A stretch of DNA of 18,746 bases, from the NCBI GenBank assembly GCA_019844455.1, contig GCA_019844455.1_3938.2. One strand, written 5' to 3'. The notes under the pieces were generated by a model. The model was not told the origin of the DNA, did not search any database, and saw nothing but the letters and a program-made list of their open reading frames with translations. Positions 1 to 7,779 of this stretch are shown here, piece by piece; positions within the stretch are counted from its first letter, which is position 1; each line of letters begins with the position of its first letter. The stretch comes from a phage. The translations under genes and the position numbers were made by a program.

Positions 1-1
1 A

Positions 2-391
2 CGTGCAAACGAAATCCTGAAGCGTCTGTATGAAATGGGGTTTGCAAGCTCTAACGTGGTGTTTGGTGTAGGCTCTTACACTTACCAGTACATGACTCGT
101 GACACCTTTGCATTTGCTGTCAAAGCAACTCTTGCAAGCATTGGTGGCAAAGAGATTATGCTTGCAAAAGACCCTAAAACAGATAGTGGTGTTAAGAAAT
201 CTGCCTTTGGTGGTGTAGCACCTATGTGGGATGGTGAGAATTTGAAAGCTGTAGATGGCTATGGATTCCAGAGCTTTGCAGATGCACTTGAACATCCAGC
301 TTGTGCTTTACGTTTAGTCTTTAGCGACTCTGAGCAGTACGGTTACACAACTCTTGGTGATATTCGAAATAATATTGACAAGCAGCTTTAA
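2..391 (+). CDS. nadV: nicotinamide phosphoribosyltransferase (NadV/NAMPT-like), C-terminal fragment; 5' end lies outside the window
   Basis: Frame is open from the window edge to TAA at 389-391. The segment NVVFGVGSYTYQYMTRDTF...KDPKTDSGVKKSAFGG matches, from memory, the conserved NAMPT C-terminal pattern (FGxG...TRD...KDP..D...KK). Not searched. Confidence 0.7.
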   Translation, partial: RANEILKRLYEMGFASSNVVFGVGSYTYQYMTRDTFAFAVKATLASIGGKEIMLAKDPKTDSGVKKSAFGGVAPMWDGENLKAVDGYGFQSFADALEHPACALRLVFSDSEQYGYTTLGDIRNNIDKQL

Positions 392-405
392 AAGTATATG
401 ATAAG

Positions 406-428
406 AGGCTCCTACGGGAGCCTTTTTA
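406..428 (+). terminator. rho-independent terminator after nadV
   Basis: Perfect 7-bp stem aggctcc/ggagcct (406-412 / 417-423) with tacg loop, followed by a T-run (423-427). Confidence 0.6.
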
Positions 429-444
429 ATTTCTGGAGAAGATT

Positions 445-780
445 ATGAAAATCAAAGAGATGAACATCAACATTGTCTTAGAAGAACGTTGGGAGAATAT
501 TAAGAAACCTGAAGATGGTAAAAAGTTCCTTAACAAAATTTTAGTAGCAGCTAAAGAAGAACTGAATGGCAAGATTGCAGCAGCAGTCACAATAAAAGTT
601 TGTGTAAAAGGTCTTCCAGACAACCACCAATTTGCGCTTGACGAGTTTAAAAAAAGCTTCTACAATCCAAACAAACAGATGCTTGAAAGTAACTTTGCAG
701 TATCTACAAGTATCGTCCATGACAGAAGCTTTATCCTTTACAAAAACATGAGGGGTGAGTCATGCAAGCATATTGGGTAG
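445..780 (+). CDS. hypothetical protein (111 aa)
   Basis: ORF with GGAG 7 nt upstream of ATG 445; same strand and spacing as the flanking genes. No recognisable motif. Confidence 0.55.
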   Translation: MKIKEMNINIVLEERWENIKKPEDGKKFLNKILVAAKEELNGKIAAAVTIKVCVKGLPDNHQFALDEFKKSFYNPNKQMLESNFAVSTSIVHDRSFILYKNMRGESCKHIG

Positions 781-938
781 AAATTTTACTGTCACTTGGT
801 AGTGTAGCAGTCCTTGTTTATCTTCTTTGTAAGTACTTTGCAGAACACAAGAAGTGTGACTACTGTAACGGAGAAGGGTATACAAGAGCAGGTTGTTGCC
901 CTATGTGTGGTGGTTCTGGTAAAATGTTTAATAAGTAA
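762..938 (+). CDS. small membrane-anchored protein with two DnaJ-type CxxCxGxG zinc-finger repeats (58 aa; absent from the ORF track)
   Basis: Hand translation: MQAYWVEILLSLGSVAVLVYLLCKYFAEHKKCDYCNGEGYTRAGCCPMCGGSGKMFNK, stop TAA 936-938. Hydrophobic helix at residues 5-23, then CDYCNGEG and CPMCGGSG. Purine-rich stretch aggggtgag at 751-759 ends 2 nt before the ATG; overlaps the end of the 445-780 ORF by 19 nt. Confidence 0.5.
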   Translation: MQAYWVEILLSLGSVAVLVYLLCKYFAEHKKCDYCNGEGYTRAGCCPMCGGSGKMFNK

Positions 939-966
939 TTTAACAGTAAACTAAGAGGAAAGTATT

Positions 967-3333
967 ATGCGCATGGTAAATGACCACGCAGAAGTGATTA
1001 AGAGTTCAACTTCTTTAGAGACGTCTCAAGCACAGATTACAATGACACCTGAGATGTTCAGCCTTTTGAGTTCTGGTGTATATACCTTTAAAGAAAGGGC
1101 AGTGATTCGTGAACTGTCATGTAACGCAGTAGATGCTCAGAAAGAAGCTGGAAAAGAGAACATTCCGTTCCATGTGCATTTACCTACTCGTTTTGAGCCT
1201 TACTTTGAAGTTCGTGATTTTGGAACTGGATTGACTCATGATAAAGTTATGAGTTTGTACCTAAACTACGGGGCTTCTACGAAGAATGACTCTAATGACT
1301 ACATTGGTGCAATGGGTATCGGCTCAAAATCCCCATTTGCAATTGCTCAGTCATTCACAGTATCTAGCTATGTTGATGGTGTTGTTAATAAGTACTCTGT
1401 TTATCTTGAGAATGGTATCCCTCAAGTAACTAAGCTGACCACTAACCCAACAAAAGAACCTAATGGTTTAGCTGTACGTGTGGCAGTTGCTGACCACCGT
1501 ATCTCAAAGTTCTTTGAAGAAGCTGGAAATGTGTACTCATACTTCACTGTAAAACCAGAAAGTAATATTGAGTACGACGATGTATTAGCAGATATGAACG
1601 TCATTGCCCGTGAAGAAGGTGTTTATGATGCCATGATTCATAAGCAAAGCTGGCGTTCTAGTGGTAACAGGACAGAGTTTAATGTGGTGATGGGTAATAT
1701 TGCCTATCCAGTGAACATGGAAGCATTACTTGGTGATGATTTCTTCAAAGTCTTGCCAGAGTTTTTCCGTAGGAGCGTAGACCTTGTAAACATCTACATG
1801 CCTATTGGTTCAGTTGCTATAGCAGCTTCTCGTGAAGCATTGCAGATGAATGATACGACAAAAAATGTTATCATCGAGGCTACCAAAAAGATAACTGAAG
1901 CAATTACAAAGGATGTTATCAAGAAAGTTAATAGCCAACCTACACTCATGGATGCTGCACAGGCTTATGCAGAGCTACGTTTGAACTCACGAGAGATGTT
2001 TAATGCTGTGTGTCCAAAGCTAGAGTGGGGAGGCATTAAGCTTGATTCTCTGGAAGAAGAATTGTTAAACATTCGTCGTGGAATTATCTACGCAGAAGAC
2101 GGCTCAGTCATTTATGAACGTGACGGTAAAGGCAATATTAAGGTTGATAGGAACGGGAACAATATCCCTAAAGTAGATTATCTTTATGACCCAGTTGCTT
2201 ATGTCAAGTTCAACTCTTTAGAGAGTAAGATTCGTGCAACATCGCTTTCCTACACTCAAGAGGCAAGTATGTTCAATATCTTTGGCGCAATGCGTAAAAG
2301 CCAAATTGAACAGTTTTTGTTTGTTATAAATGACCGTCGCAATAAAAACGGTACTGAGAAGACTGTAGGACGCAATCAAATCTTGCGTGGTGCATGTCGA
2401 GACTATGCCAGTGAGTCAGGCCTGTTCCACAGATACAACGGTATTGTGTTTGTATTCTCGACTGAAAAAGAGTTAGACGACCTAATCAATCTACACAAAC
2501 TTGATAAAAGCTTGTTAAAGATTGTGAAGATGTCTGATAAGGAACACCATTATCAGCGTAAAGAAGCTGTAAGAGGTGTTGTAAAACTCTGGAAAGCTGT
2601 TCCAGCAGAAGGTGTAGCTTCCTATAAAGAGGTGTCAGAAGACTTAGACACAATTGAAGAACCTCAACTTTATATCAAGGCAGTAGGTGATACTGTTGAT
2701 GGCGAATGTTTTTGCTCATCTCCAGAAGATGTAGCTAAGTCAGTTGCCAATGTCATTGGGAAGACAGTCTATGTTTTCCGAAAAGCAAATTGGAAAAAGA
2801 TACCAGAAGACTGGATTGAGGTAGATGAGAAGCTCTTGAACGACAGCTTAACTGATGTTCACTGGATTAATCATAACAGATATATGACACGTATCTATAT
2901 GAATGGCGTCCTTGACCTCACAAGCAGTTGGATTATTGCCAGAAACTTTACGTTCAATAACAGGAAGATTTCTCGTGGCTATTGCTATTCACGAGACACA
3001 AACAAAACTATCTTCTTAGAAGGCAATGAAGATGCTGTTGAGGCAATGTTTGGTAAAATCCAATACGTTGCTGCACCGTTTGCATACGCTTACACTATTA
3101 GTAGATTGCAAACTTTGAAAGAATGCCTTGACAATGATACAAAGTTGTACAAGAAAATTAAGAAAGCTGGTGACCGCATGGTCATTAAGGTGACAAACTA
3201 CCTTTCAAAAAGAAAACAAGAAAACTTCTTGCTTTCTCATTTAGATTGGAATAAAGTGTCACCTATTGAAGTGAGTAAGTTCTTAGGCTTTGATGTGAAG
3301 TGTGTTCCAGAAGGGACTACAATTTACGATTAA
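967..3333 (+). CDS. rIIA: rIIA-like protein (membrane-integrity / lysis-inhibition protector; N-terminal GHKL-like ATPase region)
   Basis: 788-aa ORF with RBS aagagga upstream. The N-terminal blocks AVIRELSCNAVDA and DYIGAMGIGSKSPFAIAQSFTVSSY parallel T4 rIIA (recalled as AVVRELITNMIDAH and DFIGGFGLGSKSPF...SITSY). Followed directly by an rIIB homolog. Confidence 0.9.
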   Translation: MRMVNDHAEVIKSSTSLETSQAQITMTPEMFSLLSSGVYTFKERAVIRELSCNAVDAQKEAGKENIPFHVHLPTRFEPYFEVRDFGTGLTHDKVMSLYLNYGASTKNDSNDYIGAMGIGSKSPFAIAQSFTVSSYVDGVVNKYSVYLENGIPQVTKLTTNPTKEPNGLAVRVAVADHRISKFFEEAGNVYSYFTVKPESNIEYDDVLADMNVIAREEGVYDAMIHKQSWRSSGNRTEFNVVMGNIAYPVNMEALLGDDFFKVLPEFFRRSVDLVNIYMPIGSVAIAASREALQMNDTTKNVIIEATKKITEAITKDVIKKVNSQPTLMDAAQAYAELRLNSREMFNAVCPKLEWGGIKLDSLEEELLNIRRGIIYAEDGSVIYERDGKGNIKVDRNGNNIPKVDYLYDPVAYVKFNSLESKIRATSLSYTQEASMFNIFGAMRKSQIEQFLFVINDRRNKNGTEKTVGRNQILRGACRDYASESGLFHRYNGIVFVFSTEKELDDLINLHKLDKSLLKIVKMSDKEHHYQRKEAVRGVVKLWKAVPAEGVASYKEVSEDLDTIEEPQLYIKAVGDTVDGECFCSSPEDVAKSVANVIGKTVYVFRKANWKKIPEDWIEVDEKLLNDSLTDVHWINHNRYMTRIYMNGVLDLTSSWIIARNFTFNNRKISRGYCYSRDTNKTIFLEGNEDAVEAMFGKIQYVAAPFAYAYTISRLQTLKECLDNDTKLYKKIKKAGDRMVIKVTNYLSKRKQENFLLSHLDWNKVSPIEVSKFLGFDVKCVPEGTTIYD

Positions 3334-3338
3334 AGTGT

Positions 3339-3368
3339 TTGACAAGGGGCTTCAAAGCCCCTTAGAAT
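3339..3368 (+). promoter_or_regulatory. candidate early promoter with a stem-loop in the spacer (PeSL-like), upstream of rIIB
   Basis: TTGACA 3339-3344, 18-nt spacer holding hairpin aggggc-ttcaaa-gcccct (3345-3362), then TAGAAT 3363-3368. No T-run after the hairpin, so probably not an intrinsic terminator. Confidence 0.4.
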
Positions 3369-3412
3369 AGCCTTACAAAATGATTTATTAACTAACAAGA
3401 GAGAGTAATAAG

Positions 3413-4522
3413 ATGACTACTAAAACTAAAGCACAGATTGACGCAGAAATTTACAAACTGGTTAAAGAAGGTAAGCTGACTAAAACAGCTATTGCACAGA
3501 AATTTAATACTTCAACCCGTTCAGTCGGTCGTGCTGTAGAGCGTCACGAAGCAACCTTAAAAGGGAATAAGAAGGCAACTTCTACACCAGCTACGAAGAC
3601 TTTGAAACAAGTTGCTAAGACCTTTAAGAAGAAAGCTGACAAACCAGTTGAAAAGGTCGTTAAAGATGTTGTACAGAAAGCTCCAGTAAATAAACTGCAC
3701 GAAGCTATGCAGAAAGATGACAAGATTGAGTACATGATTACTGGTGATTCTGTAATTATGACTTATGGTTCAGAATCTGAAATTGTTGAGTCTACTCATC
3801 CGAACTATCAAGAGATTGTAGTTCATGTTGTGAAAGGTGAGTTCAAGAAAGCATTTGAACTGATGAACATTCGTAAGTCTATCGAAAACTTCACTCAGGG
3901 TGCTATCACAATCAAAGGCGACAAGCTATTCTACGGTGCTGTTGAGATGCGTTCTACTCTGGTTGACCGTATTCTTCACATGATGAAAACTGGTGATAAA
4001 GGTTTTGAACGACTTGTAATGTTCTTCGAAAAACTGATGGAAAACCCATCTAAAGATTCTGTAGAACAACTTTGGGGATTTGTATCTCACCTTGATGTTG
4101 AAATTGATGAAGAAGGTTACATCATTGGTTGGAAGAAAGTCTCTACTCGTGAAGGCAAGCTGGTTGACTCTCACACCTACAAAGTGCCTAATGATTTGGG
4201 TAACATTGTAGAAATGCCACGTTGGATGGTTGATAATAACCGTAACGTAACTTGCTCTCAAGGTCTTCATGTTGGTGCTTGGGATTATGTTCGTTGCTTC
4301 TCAGGTGATACAATCCTGAAGGTTCGCGTACATCCACGAGATGTTGTATCTGTTCCAACTGATTACAACGATATGAAGATGCGTTCCTCTCGTTATGAAG
4401 TTGCAGCAATCGTTGATAATCAACGTAAAGTGCTGGAAGCATGGGACGGTAAGACTGAAGCTTTGCATGTCATCGTTGGCACTGCTGGTGAACTCATCTC
4501 TCAACGTAAACGTGAAATCTAA
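3413..4522 (+). CDS. rIIB: rIIB-like protein
   Basis: 369-aa ORF, RBS gagag 7 nt upstream. The C-terminal two-thirds parallels T4 rIIB as recalled: ...MRSTLVDRIL..., ...ENPSKDSVEQLWGFV..., ...CSQGLHVGAW..., KVRVHPRDVVSVPTDYNDMKMRSSRYEV (T4: KVKVHPRDVVSIPIDYNDAKMR). Confidence 0.9.
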   Translation: MTTKTKAQIDAEIYKLVKEGKLTKTAIAQKFNTSTRSVGRAVERHEATLKGNKKATSTPATKTLKQVAKTFKKKADKPVEKVVKDVVQKAPVNKLHEAMQKDDKIEYMITGDSVIMTYGSESEIVESTHPNYQEIVVHVVKGEFKKAFELMNIRKSIENFTQGAITIKGDKLFYGAVEMRSTLVDRILHMMKTGDKGFERLVMFFEKLMENPSKDSVEQLWGFVSHLDVEIDEEGYIIGWKKVSTREGKLVDSHTYKVPNDLGNIVEMPRWMVDNNRNVTCSQGLHVGAWDYVRCFSGDTILKVRVHPRDVVSVPTDYNDMKMRSSRYEVAAIVDNQRKVLEAWDGKTEALHVIVGTAGELISQRKREI

Positions 4523-4539
4523 TAAGTAATTTCTTAAAA

Positions 4540-4562
4540 GGCTGCTTCGGCGGCCTTTTTTA
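4540..4562 (+). terminator. rho-independent terminator after rIIB
   Basis: Stem ggctgc/gcggcc (one G-U wobble) with ttcg tetraloop, followed by tttttta. Confidence 0.7.
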
Positions 4563-4563
4563 T

Positions 4564-4591
4564 TTGTATTTTGTGCAGAGTGCTGTATAAT
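4564..4591 (+). promoter_or_regulatory. candidate sigma70-type promoter
   Basis: TTGTAT 4564-4569, 16-nt spacer, TATAAT 4586-4591; about 30 nt upstream of the RBS of the next gene. Confidence 0.45.
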
Positions 4592-4622
4592 TGTTGTCAC
4601 GATAAACTAAACAGGAGAACCA

Positions 4623-5171
4623 ATGAAGAAATTGATTCTAGGTTTGTGCTTAATGTTTACAGCACACTTATCTTATGCAGTTGACTGCCCAGAGCTATCA
4701 ATTAGCCAAAAAGTGAACATGTTAAAAGCTTACCAGTATGGTGAGAATAACATGGGTAAAGGTTGGGGTATCACTCTAGCAGCTATAGCCTTACAAGAGT
4801 CAGAGTTAGGTCTGAAGGTAGAAAATAAAAAGACCCATGACTATGGTATCTTCCAGAATCACTTGAAGACTGTTGTAAAGCGTAACAAAATTAGTCCTAA
4901 TGTTGCTAAAAAGAAACTCTTAAAAGATTTTGACTATGCCGCAAAAGAAACACATAAAGAGCTTGAGTTTTGGACGAAGGTACACGGTCACCCAAAGTCA
5001 AAGAAGACTTTACAAAAAGTTTTAGCATCATATAATGCTGGGTATTCGTACAGAATCCCTAAAGCTAAGAAATACTCTCAAGATGTCTATAACAATATGA
5101 AAGTTATCGCTCAATGTGAATTTGCAACAAACATTTCTAAGGTAAATCATGAAAAAATTAAGAAAGTCTGA
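4623..5171 (+). CDS. secreted lytic-transglycosylase-like protein (SLT-domain-like, N-terminal signal peptide)
   Basis: RBS aggag. N-terminus MKKLILGLCLMFTAHLSYA looks like a Sec signal peptide. Blocks IALQESELG, DYGIFQ and ASYNAGYS resemble the SLT family ES / GLxQ / AYNxG motifs (from memory). Confidence 0.55.
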   Translation: MKKLILGLCLMFTAHLSYAVDCPELSISQKVNMLKAYQYGENNMGKGWGITLAAIALQESELGLKVENKKTHDYGIFQNHLKTVVKRNKISPNVAKKKLLKDFDYAAKETHKELEFWTKVHGHPKSKKTLQKVLASYNAGYSYRIPKAKKYSQDVYNNMKVIAQCEFATNISKVNHEKIKKV

Positions 5172-5844
5172 TGAAGTCCTGTGCCACGCTTATGACTTGC
5201 ATCCTCATGAGTTATGTCTTGATTCCTGTGTATGGACTCCAGAACAGTGCAGGGATTTTGAAGACACTGCAAGAGAAGTTGTATGTTCACTTGAAGAGTT
5301 CCACACATCAGAACCCATTGTGAACGTTGTGGACAAAGAGACTGGACAAACTATAGGTGTAAGGCGTGATAGTTTAGTCATAGTCAATAAAGACCTTGTA
5401 GAAAAAGGTAACCTCATCTTAGCAGATATTGATGGCGTTCTTACAAATTTTAATCACGAAGATTGCTCAACGGAATTGACTGATGGGTCATTCTCACAGT
5501 ACACTAATCTTCTTGATTCTGTAAGAGCAAAACCAACATATGTTTTCAACATTATTGATGCAATTGCAAATCATGCAGTAGTTGGACTCTTGACAGCAAG
5601 AGGTGAATCTCAGAGAATACCTACTGAGATGTTTTTAAGGCACAATATAGAGCACGATTACTTGCTTTTTATGCGTGGTTTTGGAACTAACTCTATAAGT
5701 GCAGAAAGTTTGAAAGTGAGGATGATTCAGTCTTGCATTCTTCCTTACTTTAATATAGTATGCTTTATAGAAGATACAGAGAATAATGTTCAGAAGGTAA
5801 ACAGAATCCTTCCACACATTAAAACTATGTTAGTTAAACATTGA
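5149..5844 (+). CDS. HAD-superfamily phosphatase-like protein with a Cys/His-rich N-terminal extension
   Basis: LILADIDGVL fits HAD motif I (hhhDxDGV), GLLTARGES fits motif II, and CFIEDTENN fits the acidic motif IV. The 90-aa N-terminal region is Cys/His-rich. RBS aagg present; overlaps the previous gene by 23 nt. Confidence 0.55.
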   Translation: MKKLRKSDEVLCHAYDLHPHELCLDSCVWTPEQCRDFEDTAREVVCSLEEFHTSEPIVNVVDKETGQTIGVRRDSLVIVNKDLVEKGNLILADIDGVLTNFNHEDCSTELTDGSFSQYTNLLDSVRAKPTYVFNIIDAIANHAVVGLLTARGESQRIPTEMFLRHNIEHDYLLFMRGFGTNSISAESLKVRMIQSCILPYFNIVCFIEDTENNVQKVNRILPHIKTMLVKH

Positions 5845-5855
5845 GAGAAGAACTT

Positions 5856-6320
5856 ATGAACAATATCATTACGGTAGCACTGGACGATACGGCAAACAAA
5901 TCTGAAGTAGTTCGTAAAATGATTCAAGGTAACTTTGAAGGTAAAATTTTCCGTGCTGTTAATGTAAAAGCTGATGGTAGCATTCGCGAATATCGTGCAT
6001 TGTTGAACGTTAAGAAGCACGTAAAAGGTGTTGGTTCAACGACTGCACACAAAGAAAACCTGATGACTATCTATGATATGGGTAAGGCTTCAGAGTTAGG
6101 TGCTGAAGGTATCGTTAAAGAAGGTGCTCCGTATCGCTCTTTCAATCTGGAAACTACTCTTATGCTTTCCTTTACAAGTGGTTCCAAAACAATCACTTAT
6201 CTCTTTACTGATGCTGCAACGGTATCTGCTATTAAGGATAGCACTGTCAAAGCTGGCGTAGTTGCTGCTGCAAAAGCTTCTTCGATGGCTGCAAATATCC
6301 TTGCTAAAGTCCTCGGTTAA
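5856..6320 (+). CDS. hypothetical protein (154 aa; Ala-rich C-terminus)
   Basis: The track starts this ORF at a TTG (5841). The in-frame ATG at 5856 sits 6 nt after RBS gagagaag, so it is the more likely start. No recognisable motif. Confidence 0.55.
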   Translation: MNNIITVALDDTANKSEVVRKMIQGNFEGKIFRAVNVKADGSIREYRALLNVKKHVKGVGSTTAHKENLMTIYDMGKASELGAEGIVKEGAPYRSFNLETTLMLSFTSGSKTITYLFTDAATVSAIKDSTVKAGVVAAAKASSMAANILAKVLG

Positions 6321-6331
6321 GGTTAAGATAC

Positions 6332-6353
6332 AGGCTCCTTCGGGAGCCTTTTT
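6332..6353 (+). terminator. rho-independent terminator
   Basis: Same stem as at 406 (aggctcc/ggagcct, here with a ttcg loop), followed by ttttt; sits 12 nt after the stop at 6320. Confidence 0.65.
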
Positions 6354-6372
6354 CATTTCAGGAGATTGTTAA

Positions 6373-6720
6373 ATGACATTTAAAGAGTTCTGTCAAGCTA
6401 CTTTCATAATTGTTTTCTTAGTTGGGGCAGGTGTCTGGGGAGGATACTCTTACAGAGACTACCAAGTTGCTGAAACTGAGCTAAACAACCAGAAGCTAAT
6501 AAGTGTTGCTAAAGATGCTTATCAGGAAGGATTAGTTACACTGAGCACCAATTACAAAAATGATTTGAAAGACGTGCTTGCTAAGAATAAGCACACAAAA
6601 GAGGTACTGACATATGAAAAGACTAAGCCAGAGTTTTATAATGTTTGTGTTACTGATAACTATGTCAGGGTGTTCAACGAACAAAGTGAGCAATACATTC
6701 AAAAACTCCCAAGTAAGTGA
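6373..6720 (+). CDS. Rz-like i-spanin candidate (type II inner-membrane protein)
   Basis: N-terminal helix ATFIIVFLVGAGVWGGYSY followed by YRDYQ, a charged helical region, and a tail ...NVCVTD...FNEQSEQYIQ. This resembles lambda Rz as recalled (YRDNAI after the helix, ...KAVCQ..., ...KYINEQCR). The next gene starts out of frame inside its 3' end. Confidence 0.55.
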   Translation: MTFKEFCQATFIIVFLVGAGVWGGYSYRDYQVAETELNNQKLISVAKDAYQEGLVTLSTNYKNDLKDVLAKNKHTKEVLTYEKTKPEFYNVCVTDNYVRVFNEQSEQYIQKLPSK

Positions 6721-6880
6721 AAGTGATAAGTACACTCAGGAAGATGTAAGATATGCTGTCAAAGGTAACACTGGTGCAGACTTATCAGAAGCCCTTGAGT
6801 TTTATCGTGACGGGTACTATCAGTGTACTATGAAAGCTAACAACTTGATTGATATGATTTTATTAGGGAATAAGCAGTAA
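6614..6880 (+). CDS. Rz1-like o-spanin candidate (outer-membrane lipoprotein)
   Basis: MKRLSQSFIMFVLLITMSGC has the shape of a lipoprotein signal with a lipobox-like MSGC. RBS aaagagg 9 nt upstream. Overlaps the 3' end of the i-spanin candidate by 107 nt in another frame, the classic overlapped spanin layout. At 88 aa it is long for an Rz1 and lacks a proline-rich stretch. Confidence 0.45.
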   Translation: MKRLSQSFIMFVLLITMSGCSTNKVSNTFKNSQVSESDKYTQEDVRYAVKGNTGADLSEALEFYRDGYYQCTMKANNLIDMILLGNKQ

Positions 6881-7152
6881 TGACACAAAGTAATGATGAA
6901 ACTTTCTACACAGAAGGTTACTTACTTCTACCGAGACCGAAAGATACTTACATGAGGATTGATTTCTTACCTACGATTATGGATAATGTAATGTGTCACA
7001 TCTTTATGCAAGGTATCACAGCACAGCTTAAGCATGTTGGTAAAGAGTGCAAAATAAAGGTTGACACTCATCCAGAAATCAAAGAGAATCACTACACATG
7101 GTTCCTACCAGACTCTAAAGAAATCTTAGCAGTTCTTAAAACGAGGAAATGA
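6880..7152 (+). CDS. hypothetical protein (90 aa)
   Basis: ATG overlaps the upstream stop (TAATG), suggesting translational coupling. No recognisable motif. Confidence 0.5.
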   Translation: MTQSNDETFYTEGYLLLPRPKDTYMRIDFLPTIMDNVMCHIFMQGITAQLKHVGKECKIKVDTHPEIKENHYTWFLPDSKEILAVLKTRK

Positions 7153-7154
7153 TT

Positions 7155-7463
7155 ATGCAATTCCAGCCAACAAATCGTGGATTTTCTTATGCAGAATTTA
7201 AAGATGCTAAAGGGGAAATTTGTACTTTACAAGAGAGTTCATCATACGAACCATGTATCTGGTTAGGTGCTAAAGAGGTCTCTGTTCAGTACCTAGATAA
7301 TGGCTGGAAAACACTTGATATCCCAGCATTAGTTGGTAAAGATTTTGTAGGTAATCAAAGAATGAAGCTCAATCAAGAACAGGTAAAAGAGTTGTTGCCG
7401 TACCTTCAATACTTTGCTGAAAATGGTGAATTACCAACAGAGGAACTTACAAATGCAGATTAA
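7155..7463 (+). CDS. hypothetical protein (about 102 aa)
   Basis: The track gives 7149. The ATG at 7155 is better spaced (7 nt) from RBS gagg at 7144-7147 and lies just after the upstream stop (7150-7152). Confidence 0.5.
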   Translation: MQFQPTNRGFSYAEFKDAKGEICTLQESSSYEPCIWLGAKEVSVQYLDNGWKTLDIPALVGKDFVGNQRMKLNQEQVKELLPYLQYFAENGELPTEELTNAD

Positions 7464-7779
7464 TGGAAGAGACTTTGTAGCCGTTTACTACGAGAAAGGT
7501 AAAGAAGTTGGCGTAGCGCAAGTATCTTATGGCAATGGTGGGTGGCTATATGGAACAATCGCAGTAGTTGGAACGAGAAGTGATACAAAAACTTTTAAAG
7601 ATTGTGTTGACCTTCTTGAAGAATCCATTCAGAATCATTGGTGTCTGATATGGATGACTGACAACGAAGTGATAGAACGCTTCAAAAAGATTGATATCAA
7701 CATTGATAGTATTGAGCATGTTGATTTATATGAGCTAACTGAGAAGGTAAACTATGAGAGTAATTCTAGCCAGAGATAA
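7453..7779 (+). CDS. hypothetical protein (about 108 aa)
   Basis: The track gives 7414. The internal ATG at 7453 follows RBS agagga and overlaps the upstream stop (7461-7463). Confidence 0.5.
   Translation: MQINGRDFVAVYYEKGKEVGVAQVSYGNGGWLYGTIAVVGTRSDTKTFKDCVDLLEESIQNHWCLIWMTDNEVIERFKKIDINIDSIEHVDLYELTEKVNYESNSSQR

Noticed and set aside
5841-5855. Track start at TTG 5841 for the 5841-6320 ORF, and at ATG 7149, 7414 and 7884 for later ORFs.
   Set aside because: In-frame ATGs at 5856, 7155, 7453 and 7974 are better spaced from Shine-Dalgarno-like sequences and avoid long overlaps with the upstream genes.
1422-6735. Minus-strand track ORFs embedded in rIIA, rIIB and neighbouring plus-strand genes (1422-1604, 3544-3735, 3926-4270, 4188-4442, 4301-4600, 5205-5417, 5635-5817, 5790-6020, 6096-6356, 6532-6735), plus 426-623.
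   Set aside because: Each lies antisense inside a longer, well-supported plus-strand gene or across a terminator, has no RBS, and has low-complexity composition typical of shadow ORFs.
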